From an uncultured Bacilli bacterium (GTDB taxonomy: Bacteria > Bacillota_I > Bacilli_A > RF39 > UBA660), in assembly GCA_944373095.1 (NCBI GenBank), contig CALWAK010000001.1, positions 12,719 through 76,718 on the forward strand: DNA of 64,000 nt, given 5' to 3'. The position numbers were made by a program, and so were the translations under genes. A model generated the notes under the pieces. That model did not search any database, was not told where the DNA came from, and was given only the letters and a program-made list of their open reading frames with translations. Shown one piece after another: positions 1-9,548 of this stretch (its first letter is position 1; each line of letters begins with the position of its first letter).

Positions 1-486
1 GAAGAATCTCCAACTATTAAATAACTATCTGTTTTATAATCATTAACCCATAACTCATGTGCTTCATAATCTGTTACAACAGTAATCAATTTAGATCTAG
101 TTATTTCTTTTTTATTGTAATAAGTAATTAAACTACTTCCAAAAAAATGAGTTGCAATAGTTAAATCAGGATTATAACTTTTAAAAAAATCAGCCATAGA
201 TTTATTCTTAAATAAACTCATAGAAACATTATCTGCTATTGCACCACTTATTCGATTATCAAAAATTTTATATACTAAATTATGTATAGATGGTACTTTT
301 AACATTAAATACCCGTTTACTTTTTGAGACCATTTGCCAATAATTGGCATAGAAAATTCTAATAAATCAATAGTTTTAATCTCTAATTCACTATTTTGTT
401 TCAAAAAATAATCTTCTATATATTTTGCAATTGCTTTATGTCCACTACCATATGATGCATATGGAATTAATATTTTCTTTTTCATA
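1..486 (-). CDS. Glycosyltransferase, UgtP/MGDG-synthase-like N-terminal domain (partial; C-terminus lies outside the window)
   Basis: Reverse-strand translation from ATG at 486 gives MKKKILIPYASYGSGHKAIAKY...VVTDYEAHELWVNDY, which resembles B. subtilis UgtP N-terminus (ILTANYGNGH...VMTDFCLHKIW). Weak RBS AGGA upstream. Confidence 0.5.
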
Positions 487-592
487 TCTTACATCCTAAC
501 ATTATTATACATATTTAAATATTAACTAGCAACTAAAATACATAATTATTGACAAGTATTTTTTTATAAGATATTCTTTTATTGGTGATATT

Positions 593-1108
593 ATGAATCT
601 AAATCTTAGTAAAAAACAAGAAGAAATATTAAATTTTCTTAATAATTATATTAGTCAAAATGGATTTCCACCATCTATAAGAGAAATTGGTAAAAATGTT
701 GGCTTATCTAGTCCTGCTAGTGTTCATTCATATTTAAAGCAATTAGAAGAACTAAATCTAATTAAACATACTTCTAATAAATTTAGAAGTATTAAAGTAA
801 TAAAAAAAGATAATAAAAATAAAATTCCTTTAATTGATAATATAAATTTTATAAATAACACTAAAAAATATTTAGAATTACCATTTATTATAGATAATCC
901 TAAATGCTATGCTTATAAATGTATTAACGATATTTTTGATTTTAAAACAAATGATTACCTAATAATTATTAATCAAAAAAAATATAAAAACAAAGATATT
1001 ATTTTATATTCACTAAATGATAAATTAAAACTTGATAAATATGAAAATATAAAAGAAAAAAAAGATATTATAGGTAAAGTTATTTGCTCTATAAATAAGT
1101 TATTTTAA
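593..1108 (+). CDS. LexA-like transcriptional repressor. The N-terminal winged-HTH closely resembles LexA, but the C-terminal S24-like domain lacks the catalytic Ser
   Basis: N-terminus KKQEEILNFLNNYISQNGFPPSIREIGKNVGLSSPASVHSYLKQLEELNLIKH matches the LexA DNA-binding domain. The C-terminal layout parallels LexA, but GDSM is replaced by CINDIF. RBS GGTGAT sits 3 nt before the ATG. Confidence 0.6.
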   Translation: MNLNLSKKQEEILNFLNNYISQNGFPPSIREIGKNVGLSSPASVHSYLKQLEELNLIKHTSNKFRSIKVIKKDNKNKIPLIDNINFINNTKKYLELPFIIDNPKCYAYKCINDIFDFKTNDYLIIINQKKYKNKDIILYSLNDKLKLDKYENIKEKKDIIGKVICSINKLF

Positions 1109-1734
1109 CTATTCAACATCTTTCTAGCTTGTTTATAGGAAGGATACCTTTTTTCTACTTCATTCCAAAATAATTTTGAGTGATTAGCTTGTAAAAAATG
1201 GCATAATTCATGAATTATAACATAATCAATTAAGGTTATGTCTTTTTTTATAAGTTCACTATTTAAAGTAATTGTATGACTTCCCCTATTATTTACACCC
1301 CATCTAGTTTTCATTTGTCTTATTCTAAGATCAAACTTAGGTAGATTATTAAATAGTGTACTACATTTTTCTAATCTGCTACTAAATATTCTTAAACATT
1401 CATTTTTATAAAAAGTATCTAGCATTTTTTTATTTTTTACTAATATAACATCATCATCTAATTTTATCTTTTCTACTTCATTATTAAATATAACTACATA
1501 TTTATTACCTAAGTAATAGTAAAACATATTATCATTATCTTTTTTTACTTGTTTTTCATACATTTTATTTATAGACATAATATTATTATTAATAATATCT
1601 AATATTTGTTTATCGCTAACAAACCTATTACAAGTTACATATAATTTACTATCTTTAACTCTTATATATACATTTTTATTATTCTTATAATTTATTACAA
1701 CATCAATTAGCTTATCTTTTAATTTTACCTGCAT
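1105..1734 (-). CDS. YgjP-like metal-dependent hydrolase (DUF45/M48-type, HExxH)
   Basis: C-terminus IIHELCHFLQANHSKLFWNEVEKRYPSYKQARKMLN matches the YgjP/DUF45 signature. Start moved to the internal ATG at 1734, which has RBS AGAGGG 7 nt upstream; this avoids a 131-bp overlap with the upstream gene. Confidence 0.55.
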   Translation of the reverse strand: MQVKLKDKLIDVVINYKNNKNVYIRVKDSKLYVTCNRFVSDKQILDIINNNIMSINKMYEKQVKKDNDNMFYYYLGNKYVVIFNNEVEKIKLDDDVILVKNKKMLDTFYKNECLRIFSSRLEKCSTLFNNLPKFDLRIRQMKTRWGVNNRGSHTITLNSELIKKDITLIDYVIIHELCHFLQANHSKLFWNEVEKRYPSYKQARKMLNS

Positions 1735-2173
1735 TATATCCCTCTTCATATAAAAATCTTTCAAACATTTCAATTGTGCTTTCGTGATTTTCAGCATAAA
1801 AATCTTTGCCAAGGGCTTCTCCTTCAACAATTTCAATATCACTAATTATGCGTATATTAAAATTAGCAAATTCTGATATTAATTTTTTTAAAGAATTTAT
1901 TTGCAATTCATTACAATTTTTACCTATTAAAAGTACACCACTTAAAACTTTATTTTTTGTTGTATTTAAAAAAACAATATTATTTGCGTATGTTAAAATC
2001 GTTCCTAATGTAAATGGTGAAACAGTTATATCTAATGATTTTAAAATACTCCAATTAGGGTATTTTTCCTTTATATAATTTAATAATGTTATGCTATGTC
2101 TTAAATCAGTTAAAGAGCCTCTAGAATTTACATTACCATTTTTATCTATTATTATAATTTTACTATTTTTCAT
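1712..2173 (-). CDS. Hypothetical protein (about 153 aa)
   Basis: ORF with RBS GGAGA 5 nt before the ATG at 2173 (MKNSKIIIIDKNGNV...). No family recognised. Confidence 0.4.
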   Translation of the reverse strand: MKNSKIIIIDKNGNVNSRGSLTDLRHSITLLNYIKEKYPNWSILKSLDITVSPFTLGTILTYANNIVFLNTTKNKVLSGVLLIGKNCNELQINSLKKLISEFANFNIRIISDIEIVEGEALGKDFYAENHESTIEMFERFLYEEGYNAGKIKR

Positions 2174-2311
2174 AATTTTCTCCATAGATAATGTTATAAC
2201 ATTAAAATTAATATCTGTCAAAAAAATAAACAATACATTATAGAAAATGTAGAAAAAATATCATATTTGTAATATCATAATTCTTATTTGATAATCTTAA
2301 CTATGTTTAAA

Positions 2312-2340
2312 AATTAAAAAAATAAGCATTACACTTATTC
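2312..2340 (-). terminator. Rho-independent terminator ending the cassette-2/ABC/thioredoxin operon
   Basis: Minus-strand transcript AAUAAG-ugUaaug-CUUAUU hairpin followed by UUUUUUAA, just after the stop of the 2347..2898 gene. Confidence 0.4.
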
Positions 2341-2346
2341 TTTTCG

Positions 2347-2898
2347 TTATCTTAAATAATAAACATCTATAAACGCTTTAATAACTTCTTTAGAAGTTGA
2401 GCCATTAAATGTATGAATTACTTTACCATTTTCTATTATGTAAGTTACAGGTGTACCATCAAAGTATATGTAATCGTACATTTTTCTTATTTCATCTTCA
2501 CTAAATTCAGTAATATCTATTGAATAAGCATTTATATTATATTCTTTTAAAGCATTAGTTAATAAAGGTTTAAAAGTTTCACATGCTGCACAACCTGTTT
2601 TATCTAAAAATAATATACTTCTTTTATTTGTTTTAAATAGTTTCGTAAAATTATTAAAATTTAATTTTGTTAAATTACCAGTTGTTTTTGGTAAATCATC
2701 TTCTGTAACTTTAACATCTGGTGTGGGCTGTTTTAATTTATCTATTCTATCTGCACTAGATTCTACATATTCCATTTCAGTTTTTACAACATCTGTTGTA
2801 TCTTTATAATTATTAAAAAAATAATAACATCCATATATTAGTATACCAAATATAACTAATACAAGAATTATAATTAATATATTTTTTTTATCTTTCAT
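2347..2898 (-). CDS. Membrane-anchored thioredoxin-like protein (CxxC = CAAC); putative extracytoplasmic thiol-disulfide oxidoreductase
   Basis: N-terminal TM helix (ILIIILVLVIFGILIYGCYYFF), then LDKTGCAACETFKP, a thioredoxin-fold motif. Translationally coupled to the permease (ATGA at 2898). Confidence 0.55.
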   Translation of the reverse strand: MKDKKNILIIILVLVIFGILIYGCYYFFNNYKDTTDVVKTEMEYVESSADRIDKLKQPTPDVKVTEDDLPKTTGNLTKLNFNNFTKLFKTNKRSILFLDKTGCAACETFKPLLTNALKEYNINAYSIDITEFSEDEIRKMYDYIYFDGTPVTYIIENGKVIHTFNGSTSKEVIKAFIDVYYLR

Positions 2899-4211
2899 TA
2901 TTCTTTACTCCTTAATGATTTAAACATTTTTTTCCATAAACCAGAACTTGAATAATTTAAAATACCAACTTTATATACTCTAATACCATATTTGAATAAT
3001 AAATAACAAGTTCCTAAAAGGAGTATAACACTTATTCCTAAATCTAACAAGCTTGTCTGTAATAAAGTATAAGTTATTGGGGCTACTAAACAAGAAATAA
3101 ATGGAATATAACTTACTATTTTAATAAAAATAGAACCTTGAAACAAAGAAGCCATAATTCCGATATAATAACCAGCCATAAGAAGAAGCATTAAAGGAGT
3201 TTGAAGTTGTTGATAATCTTCACTAGAAGTTGTCATAGAGGCAAGTATTCCAGCAAGAAGAGCATAGGCAATTAAACTAAATATAAATAATACTAATAAA
3301 AGAGGAATTGCTGGATATATTTGGTTTATCAAAGTATTTAAGCTTAAATTTTCTAGTAATTTAGATAAATCTCCAACAATATTAGTATTAGAATTTAACA
3401 GCATTCTTGCTCCTAAACCTAACATTGTATAAATAAAAATTAAAAATGATTGCAAAATAACAAAACCTGTTGATGCAACAATTTTTGATAAAAAGTGCAT
3501 TTTAGGTGATACATTAGATATAATAATTTCCATACTTTTAGTAGATTTCTCATCATTAATTTCAGCTCCAATCATTTGAACTAATAAAACTATTAGTATG
3601 AAAAAAGGAATAAGAAAAACTGATATAATTGACGCTGCTGCGGCTTCATGTGTTTCACTATCTAACTTTTCATCATTTGTGACAACTTTATTTATTGTAA
3701 TAGGACTTAATACCTTATTTAATAATTCTGGATCAATATTACTATTTGCAAGAGCATAATTAGATTTAATTTCCGATAAACTATTACTGATTATAGTAGA
3801 TGTAATTGTATCTATGCCCTCATAACTATATATGGTTGATTTCATAAATTCAGTTTGATCAGTTACTATACTAATTACTAAATCATTATTTTCTTCATTT
3901 AAATTATTTAGTAAATTATCAATATTTTCATTAGATTTAGTAACTTCAAATTTAAAACCACCATTCAATAGTTTATTATTATTATCTATGTAACCTTGTA
4001 AATAGTCACCATAACCTGTCTCATCAATTAAATAAATTTTAGTAACATCTTCAAAGTCACCACCAAAATAATTAATTACTTTATCAATATTTAATATACC
4101 TATCATTAAAATTAATAATAATATATTAATAATTTTAAACCATTTAGTATCAATTTTTTTCTTAATACTCTGTTTAATTAAAAACAACACTTTATTTTTC
4201 ATATTCCTCAC
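2898..4211 (-). CDS. ABC-2 family transporter permease (NatB-like)
   Basis: 437 aa with an N-terminal TM, a large extracytoplasmic loop and about 5 C-terminal TM helices. Overlaps the ATPase gene by 20 bp. Confidence 0.55.
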   Translation of the reverse strand: MRNMKNKVLFLIKQSIKKKIDTKWFKIINILLLILMIGILNIDKVINYFGGDFEDVTKIYLIDETGYGDYLQGYIDNNNKLLNGGFKFEVTKSNENIDNLLNNLNEENNDLVISIVTDQTEFMKSTIYSYEGIDTITSTIISNSLSEIKSNYALANSNIDPELLNKVLSPITINKVVTNDEKLDSETHEAAAASIISVFLIPFFILIVLLVQMIGAEINDEKSTKSMEIIISNVSPKMHFLSKIVASTGFVILQSFLIFIYTMLGLGARMLLNSNTNIVGDLSKLLENLSLNTLINQIYPAIPLLLVLFIFSLIAYALLAGILASMTTSSEDYQQLQTPLMLLLMAGYYIGIMASLFQGSIFIKIVSYIPFISCLVAPITYTLLQTSLLDLGISVILLLGTCYLLFKYGIRVYKVGILNYSSSGLWKKMFKSLRSKE

Positions 4212-5088
4212 CTACTTTTTCAATAAATATTTCATTCAATGTTGGTTCTTCCACACAAAATTTAGTTATATTCTTTTGTTTGGCTACATAATTAAACACA
4301 TTAGATACAAAATTTTCATTTTTTACTCTTACTACTATCTCATTAGTTTCAATTATTTCTTCCACACCATCAATTTTTAATAATTCATCTTTATCCACAT
4401 TACCTATAATATGAATATTCTTTTTTCCATATTGCTTTTTTATATCTTTTAAATTACCTTCTAAAACACTTTTACCATGAACTAAAATAACTAATTTTTC
4501 ACAAAATAATTCAACATGTTCCATACGATGTGATGAGAATATTATTGATGTTCCTTTTTCTTTTAATTCATTAATAATATTCATAAATAACGCAACATTA
4601 ATTGGATCTAATCCACTAAAAGGTTCATCTAAAATTAATAATTTTGGATCATTTATTATTGCAGTAATAAATTGAACTTTTTGCTGATTTCCTTTACTTA
4701 ATTCCTTAATTTTTTTATCTTTATATTCTTTAATTTTAAGTTTATCTAAAAGAATATCTAATTTATTTAGAATATCTTCTTCTTTCATTCCTTTTAATAC
4801 ACCATAATAAATCACTTGCTCTTTAACTGTTAGCTTTAATAATAAACTTCTTTCTTCAGTCAAAAAACCAATTTTATCTGTTATTTTATAATTTATTGGT
4901 TTTCCATCTAAAGTGATTTTACCAGAATCTTTTTCTAATAACCCAATTATCATTCTAAATGTTGTTGTTTTTCCAGCACCATTAACTCCTAATAAGCCAA
5001 AAATTTCTCCATTAGCAACTTCAAATGATAAGTTATCAACAGCTTTTAAATTTCCATAACTTTTACTAACATTTTCTACTTTTAACAT
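4192..5088 (-). CDS. ABC transporter ATP-binding protein
   Basis: Walker A GVNGAGKTT, ABC signature LSKGNQQKV, Walker B LLILDEP, H-loop SSHRM. RBS AGGAGATAATT before the ATG. Confidence 0.85.
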   Translation of the reverse strand: MLKVENVSKSYGNLKAVDNLSFEVANGEIFGLLGVNGAGKTTTFRMIIGLLEKDSGKITLDGKPINYKITDKIGFLTEERSLLLKLTVKEQVIYYGVLKGMKEEDILNKLDILLDKLKIKEYKDKKIKELSKGNQQKVQFITAIINDPKLLILDEPFSGLDPINVALFMNIINELKEKGTSIIFSSHRMEHVELFCEKLVILVHGKSVLEGNLKDIKKQYGKKNIHIIGNVDKDELLKIDGVEEIIETNEIVVRVKNENFVSNVFNYVAKQKNITKFCVEEPTLNEIFIEKVGEEYEK

Positions 5089-5161
5089 AAATTATCTCCT
5101 AATTACATTATACCTTAATATACTATTTATTCCAATAGAAAAAGATGATTTTAAATCACCT

Positions 5162-8100
5162 TTATTCTTTACCAGTATTGTCATTAGTTACTATGCATCC
5201 GTAACTAGATAACTCATTTAAAAATTGAGAATCAGAATTTACTAATGTAAAATCATTAAATCCTAAATCATTTCTTTCTTGTTGTTTATTATATTCTCTA
5301 ATTTTTGCAGCACATTCTGCATCCATTACTAAACTATATACTGGTTCTTCACTATAAATACTTTCGCCCTTTTCTTCTATTTCATCTATAATTGTATCTA
5401 TTACTGTACCATCTGATGTTTCACCTACCCAGTTAAATCCTCTACTATCTTCTTTATTAGGAAATAAATTATTTAATGAAACTATTTTTGAGAAAAATTC
5501 TAATTTGCCATCAGATATGCTTGCACTATTATTATAATGATTATTTCCACCACCACTAGGACTTCCGCCTATACTTGATGAAAAACTGCCTTCAATTATT
5601 CCTGTACCACTGCAGTAGAAATTTTTACCACAAACAGCATTATATTCATCTATAGTATTTTGAGAAATTACCATTTTACCAAGTGCATCAACAAAATCAC
5701 AGCAACTGCTTGCAAGTAATTGACTTATACAATCATCAAGTGTAGAATCGTAACGACACAATTCACTTGAATATATAGATTTACATGTATCATCACCATC
5801 ATCATTATCTTCATCTGTTGAAGGAGGTACATCCTCACAATCAGGGTCATTTACAGCACAAACTGAATAATCACATAAATAATCATTTTTCTTATAACCT
5901 GTAATTGATCCAACAGCATTATTAATTGCACTATCAATAAAACCTATTCCAGTTGAAATGTTAACTGATGGTAGTATGGAAACATAGCCACTATCTCCTA
6001 AAACTCGTCCATATCTACTTTCGTTATTAAACATTTGTCCAACACCATTAAATGTTAATTTATATAAATAACTACCAGGCTCAGTTGTTAACTTAATTGG
6101 ATAAACTAAACCATCACCATCTATATATTTACTATCTTCTGTTAATGGTGTTAAAGAAACAATTCCTTTATCAGGTGTAGTATAAAAAGAGTATTTAGGT
6201 TTAAAATATATGAACGCTTTATCAGAAAACGTCCGGATTGCTTCTTGAAGGAATAAACTAATTACTGTTTCAGTGTTAACTCCACCATTTAGTCCAATAC
6301 CTGTATAACCATACATAGCAACACTTGCAAGGCGTTTAACGTCAAAATAATAATCATCTAAATTTAAGCTAACATATGATTTATCTGAAATTACTCCTAA
6401 ATCAAACAATGAAGCTCCTGTAGATATAACATTGGCTGAATTCGGTATTTGAACATCTTTCTTTTTAATACCAAATAGACTTGACTGCAAAGTATCAGAA
6501 GCAATTGAAGCTAAACCACTTAATATTCCACTACTATTTGAAAAAACATTAATTGCTGGCTTACAATTTGTATAAATATCTTTAACTTCTGTCATATTTT
6601 CGCAATATAAATTGTAACTAAAAGGATTTTTTGGTTCATTATCAATAACCAGTTCTTTATCATTAGAAATCATATTAATATATTCTTGTTCTTCGTAATC
6701 AAATTCTAATTCAACGCCAAAATCATACCCTTTCCCACTATTCCATCTTGTGCAATCTTTAATAAATGTCGTTTTTTCAAGTAATTTATCCCTGATTTCG
6801 TTATATTTATTTGCATATGAAATAGCAGAAGCAATTACTTTAGCAATTGCAATAATTGGTTGTGTTTCTTTTGCAATCGTTGGTGAAATTATTGCACCAT
6901 GGCAAGACCACGTTCCAACGCATGGAGATCCTCCAATGGTTGCTGTTCCATTCGTAGGAACAGGAATATCATAAGGATTTACATCACTTGTAGGAATTGT
7001 TCCATTATTTAAGGTCTCTGATATTGTTCCCATTAATGTTTTATCATGATCATCTATTTTTCCAATAAAAGATGCATCATTAGAGGAATTACCTTTTTTT
7101 GTTTTATCTGCTTTAACTATTTTTGCAGAAAGAACATCTTTTTCATTTGAATATTCAAATTCAAAATATTCATAATCAAAATTATAATCGTATTTTTCTA
7201 CATAATTTTCTTTAAAAGGCCATACTGGTGAATCTGAAAGACAAATGCCTTGAATACCATTAATAATAATTGTAAAAAAATTTTGAGTACAACCTTGGTT
7301 TCGAACCCTAACATTACTTTTATAAGTTGCAATATTTTCAGGAGTAAGTAACCATTTTAACATGCCAATATAATAGTAATATCTATTTAAATATGTTAAC
7401 ATGTTATTTTTTAAAGTCGTTGCATCTTCTTCATAATCATCAACCAATATTTCACTAGTTACGCATGATTTTTGAGTAGCGGCTCCCGCAATTGTATGTG
7501 TGTAACCATCAAGGTTAACAGGAATATATCTTCCTTGACTAAATTCACCTAAACTACCTGGTAATCTAAAAGCAAAATCTTCTTTACAAGATATTTTACA
7601 ATAATCATTTTCTAATACATTATAATTATTTCCAGCAGGATCTTGTTTATCAATTATACAATTATCCCAATCTACGGCCATTGTATTTAAATTTACACCT
7701 TCAATAATTAAATTTGTATTTGTTGTTGGTAAACATAAAAATGATTGAAATGTAAAACACTTAGCTTCATCTTCTCCACAACTCTCAGAAGTTGGAGTTT
7801 CTATTTGAGCTTCTATAGTAGTAGATTTAGCGTTTTCTTTGTTAAAGATTAAAAATCTTTGATAAGAACCTGCAGCATTTTCGCTAGATGCAGAAACTAT
7901 AAAAACATTATATAGGGATGAATCACTTGTATAATTACCACTAACTTTAATTTTAATATTACAGATTTCTTTATCAAAAGTACTATTTGATTTTACAGTA
8001 ATAACAGCAGTACTATTTTTATCCTTTTTTTGCCAATTATTTAATCCTTCAATTGTAAACATACTAGATATATCTTCACCCAAAGAATTGGTAATTGTAA

Positions 8101-8809
8101 CTTTTAAATCGCTTATTTTGGTCACATCTTCTATATTACTAGCTGTTAAATTAAACTTAATACCATTTTTAACATCATCACCACTACTTTTTTCTATTTC
8201 TAATTTAGCAGTATTCTGTAAGATAGAATCCTTTGTAGTCATTTTAGCTTTTGTTTCAACTTGTGTATAAATAGCAGCAGCGCTTGCTGGAGTAATAGAA
8301 TCATTTAAATAAGCATTTAAATTATCTTTATGATTACCAATTAAAAATCCACCTGATTCATTAGGATAATTTTTAACCAAATATCTAGATACTTGTGTAG
8401 CAATAAATAGGCCTTCATCAGTTTTATTTTTTAAATAATAATCAGTATATAAAAAGTATATTGCTCTACCAAATACAGTATCTAAATCTAATTCATTAGT
8501 AATTGTATAAGGTGTTTTTTTAGGGTTATCTCTTGCTGGGTCTATACAAATTGCATCATATTCAACTTCTTTACCATCATTACAACTTGATTTAGCTGTA
8601 TATGCCATTAAATAATAACCCATTGTATGCCTATATCCACCCCACATTGCATTACTAGGGTCATAATATTTTGAGTATAAATAGTAATTCCCGCTTCTTG
8701 TATTAATAGTTAAATATTTACAAAATTCATCTTCTGCTTTAACTTTATTAGCACTTAAAAATAGAAAAAAGAATAAGAATAGTAATAAACTTTTAAATTT
8801 TAAATTCAT
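5162..8809 (-). CDS. Giant secreted Cys-rich protein, paralog 2 (about 1215 aa); cassette component, putative adhesin
   Basis: Sec signal MNLKFKSLLLFLFFFLFLSANKVKA. Shares conserved blocks with the 15809..20305 protein (YDAxCIDPA, FGRAIYxLYxDYY, IATQVSR, a Cys-rich C-terminal region, and the conserved KLEF...NNLFPN...GFNWVG...GCIV tail). Start set at the ATG at 8809 with RBS GGAAGTGA; the track start at 8818 is GTG. Confidence 0.65.
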   Translation of the reverse strand: MNLKFKSLLLFLFFFLFLSANKVKAEDEFCKYLTINTRSGNYYLYSKYYDPSNAMWGGYRHTMGYYLMAYTAKSSCNDGKEVEYDAICIDPARDNPKKTPYTITNELDLDTVFGRAIYFLYTDYYLKNKTDEGLFIATQVSRYLVKNYPNESGGFLIGNHKDNLNAYLNDSITPASAAAIYTQVETKAKMTTKDSILQNTAKLEIEKSSGDDVKNGIKFNLTASNIEDVTKISDLKVTITNSLGEDISSMFTIEGLNNWQKKDKNSTAVITVKSNSTFDKEICNIKIKVSGNYTSDSSLYNVFIVSASSENAAGSYQRFLIFNKENAKSTTIEAQIETPTSESCGEDEAKCFTFQSFLCLPTTNTNLIIEGVNLNTMAVDWDNCIIDKQDPAGNNYNVLENDYCKISCKEDFAFRLPGSLGEFSQGRYIPVNLDGYTHTIAGAATQKSCVTSEILVDDYEEDATTLKNNMLTYLNRYYYYIGMLKWLLTPENIATYKSNVRVRNQGCTQNFFTIIINGIQGICLSDSPVWPFKENYVEKYDYNFDYEYFEFEYSNEKDVLSAKIVKADKTKKGNSSNDASFIGKIDDHDKTLMGTISETLNNGTIPTSDVNPYDIPVPTNGTATIGGSPCVGTWSCHGAIISPTIAKETQPIIAIAKVIASAISYANKYNEIRDKLLEKTTFIKDCTRWNSGKGYDFGVELEFDYEEQEYINMISNDKELVIDNEPKNPFSYNLYCENMTEVKDIYTNCKPAINVFSNSSGILSGLASIASDTLQSSLFGIKKKDVQIPNSANVISTGASLFDLGVISDKSYVSLNLDDYYFDVKRLASVAMYGYTGIGLNGGVNTETVISLFLQEAIRTFSDKAFIYFKPKYSFYTTPDKGIVSLTPLTEDSKYIDGDGLVYPIKLTTEPGSYLYKLTFNGVGQMFNNESRYGRVLGDSGYVSILPSVNISTGIGFIDSAINNAVGSITGYKKNDYLCDYSVCAVNDPDCEDVPPSTDEDNDDGDDTCKSIYSSELCRYDSTLDDCISQLLASSCCDFVDALGKMVISQNTIDEYNAVCGKNFYCSGTGIIEGSFSSSIGGSPSGGGNNHYNNSASISDGKLEFFSKIVSLNNLFPNKEDSRGFNWVGETSDGTVIDTIIDEIEEKGESIYSEEPVYSLVMDAECAAKIREYNKQQERNDLGFNDFTLVNSDSQFLNELSSYGCIVTNDNTGKE

Positions 8810-8814
8810 TATTT

Positions 8815-9528
8815 TCACTTCCTACTCCAATCATCTTCTATATCATATTTTTTATTTTTTAATTTCTTTTTCCATAAAAAAACGGTTAATCCTAAAATTA
8901 AAATTATTGCAATTATTATAAATACATAATAATTTTTTAAAAAATTTAATATATTGTTAATCCAACTTATATCTTCATCTTTAACATTGTCTTCTCTTTT
9001 AGCATAATTATTTATTCCAGATAAGAATTCATTTTGTGTTATTTTATCTAAGAAAACAAATTTATTACAATAATAATAGTCTGGATTCTCTAAACATTGA
9101 GGATAAGTGCTATATACATTAAAACGTGGTATATTTTCATATATTGTTCTAATTGGATTATTATCACAAGTGCCATCAACCGCCATGATATTAATTTGAT
9201 ACTCCTTAATATCATCAGTTATTCCTGTATCTATAATAATAGTATCGTCATCAGTTGAATAAAATTTACCAAGGTTTTTAACTTCAATGTATAGCTCATC
9301 AGTAACGTTATAAATATAAATTTTTCCATACCATGATGAGATCTTTACATTTTCACCAAAGCCTTCATCATAATATTCTTCAATCTTTTCATATAACTGA
9401 TATTCAGACGTTACTAATCCAGCTAAATCATTTAATTTTGCTTGATATTCGTAATTACATTCTGCATTAACACTATTGTTAAAACAAATTATTAATAGCA
9501 AAATTATAAATAAAAATATTTTTTTCAT
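8815..9528 (-). CDS. Small type-I membrane protein (signal peptide + C-terminal TM anchor), cassette-2 copy
   Basis: MKKIFLFIILLLIICFNNSVNA signal, conserved Cys pattern, and C-terminal TM (YVFIIIAIILILGLTVFLW) with a basic tail. Paralog of 20302..21015. RBS AGGGTGA. Confidence 0.55.
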   Translation of the reverse strand: MKKIFLFIILLLIICFNNSVNAECNYEYQAKLNDLAGLVTSEYQLYEKIEEYYDEGFGENVKISSWYGKIYIYNVTDELYIEVKNLGKFYSTDDDTIIIDTGITDDIKEYQINIMAVDGTCDNNPIRTIYENIPRFNVYSTYPQCLENPDYYYCNKFVFLDKITQNEFLSGINNYAKREDNVKDEDISWINNILNFLKNYYVFIIIAIILILGLTVFLWKKKLKNKKYDIEDDWSRK

Positions 9529-9548
9529 TTTTTCACCCTGTTTCTATG

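Noticed and set aside
1806-2078. Plus-strand or antisense ORFs of 60-140 aa: 1806..2078, 6750..6974, 8088..8270, 10359..10634, 12287..12469, 15210..15407, 20379..20573, 21363..21581, 21858..22097, 21901..22101, 24035..24373, 26886..27257, 28898..29161, 29523..29771, 39031..39306, 45710..45904, 45871..46143, 51660..52082, 52737..52928, 53227..53430
   Set aside because: All lie antisense to, or out of frame within, well-supported minus-strand genes (dnaK, dnaJ, giant proteins and so on). They lack RBSs and have repetitive low-complexity translations typical of AT-rich antisense frames.
1712-2233. Considered calling the 173-aa protein TsaB/YeaZ or a CinA-like domain
   Set aside because: The motif order does not match TsaB (no N-terminal DTS... 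or GPGSFTGxRIG block). Left as hypothetical; the start was shortened to the RBS-supported ATG.
5089-5161. Imperfect hairpin (GGUGAUUU/AAAUCAUC) between giant gene 2 and the ABC ATPase, as a possible terminator
   Set aside because: The stem has a mismatch and no U-tract. A strong RBS follows directly, which favours read-through co-transcription.
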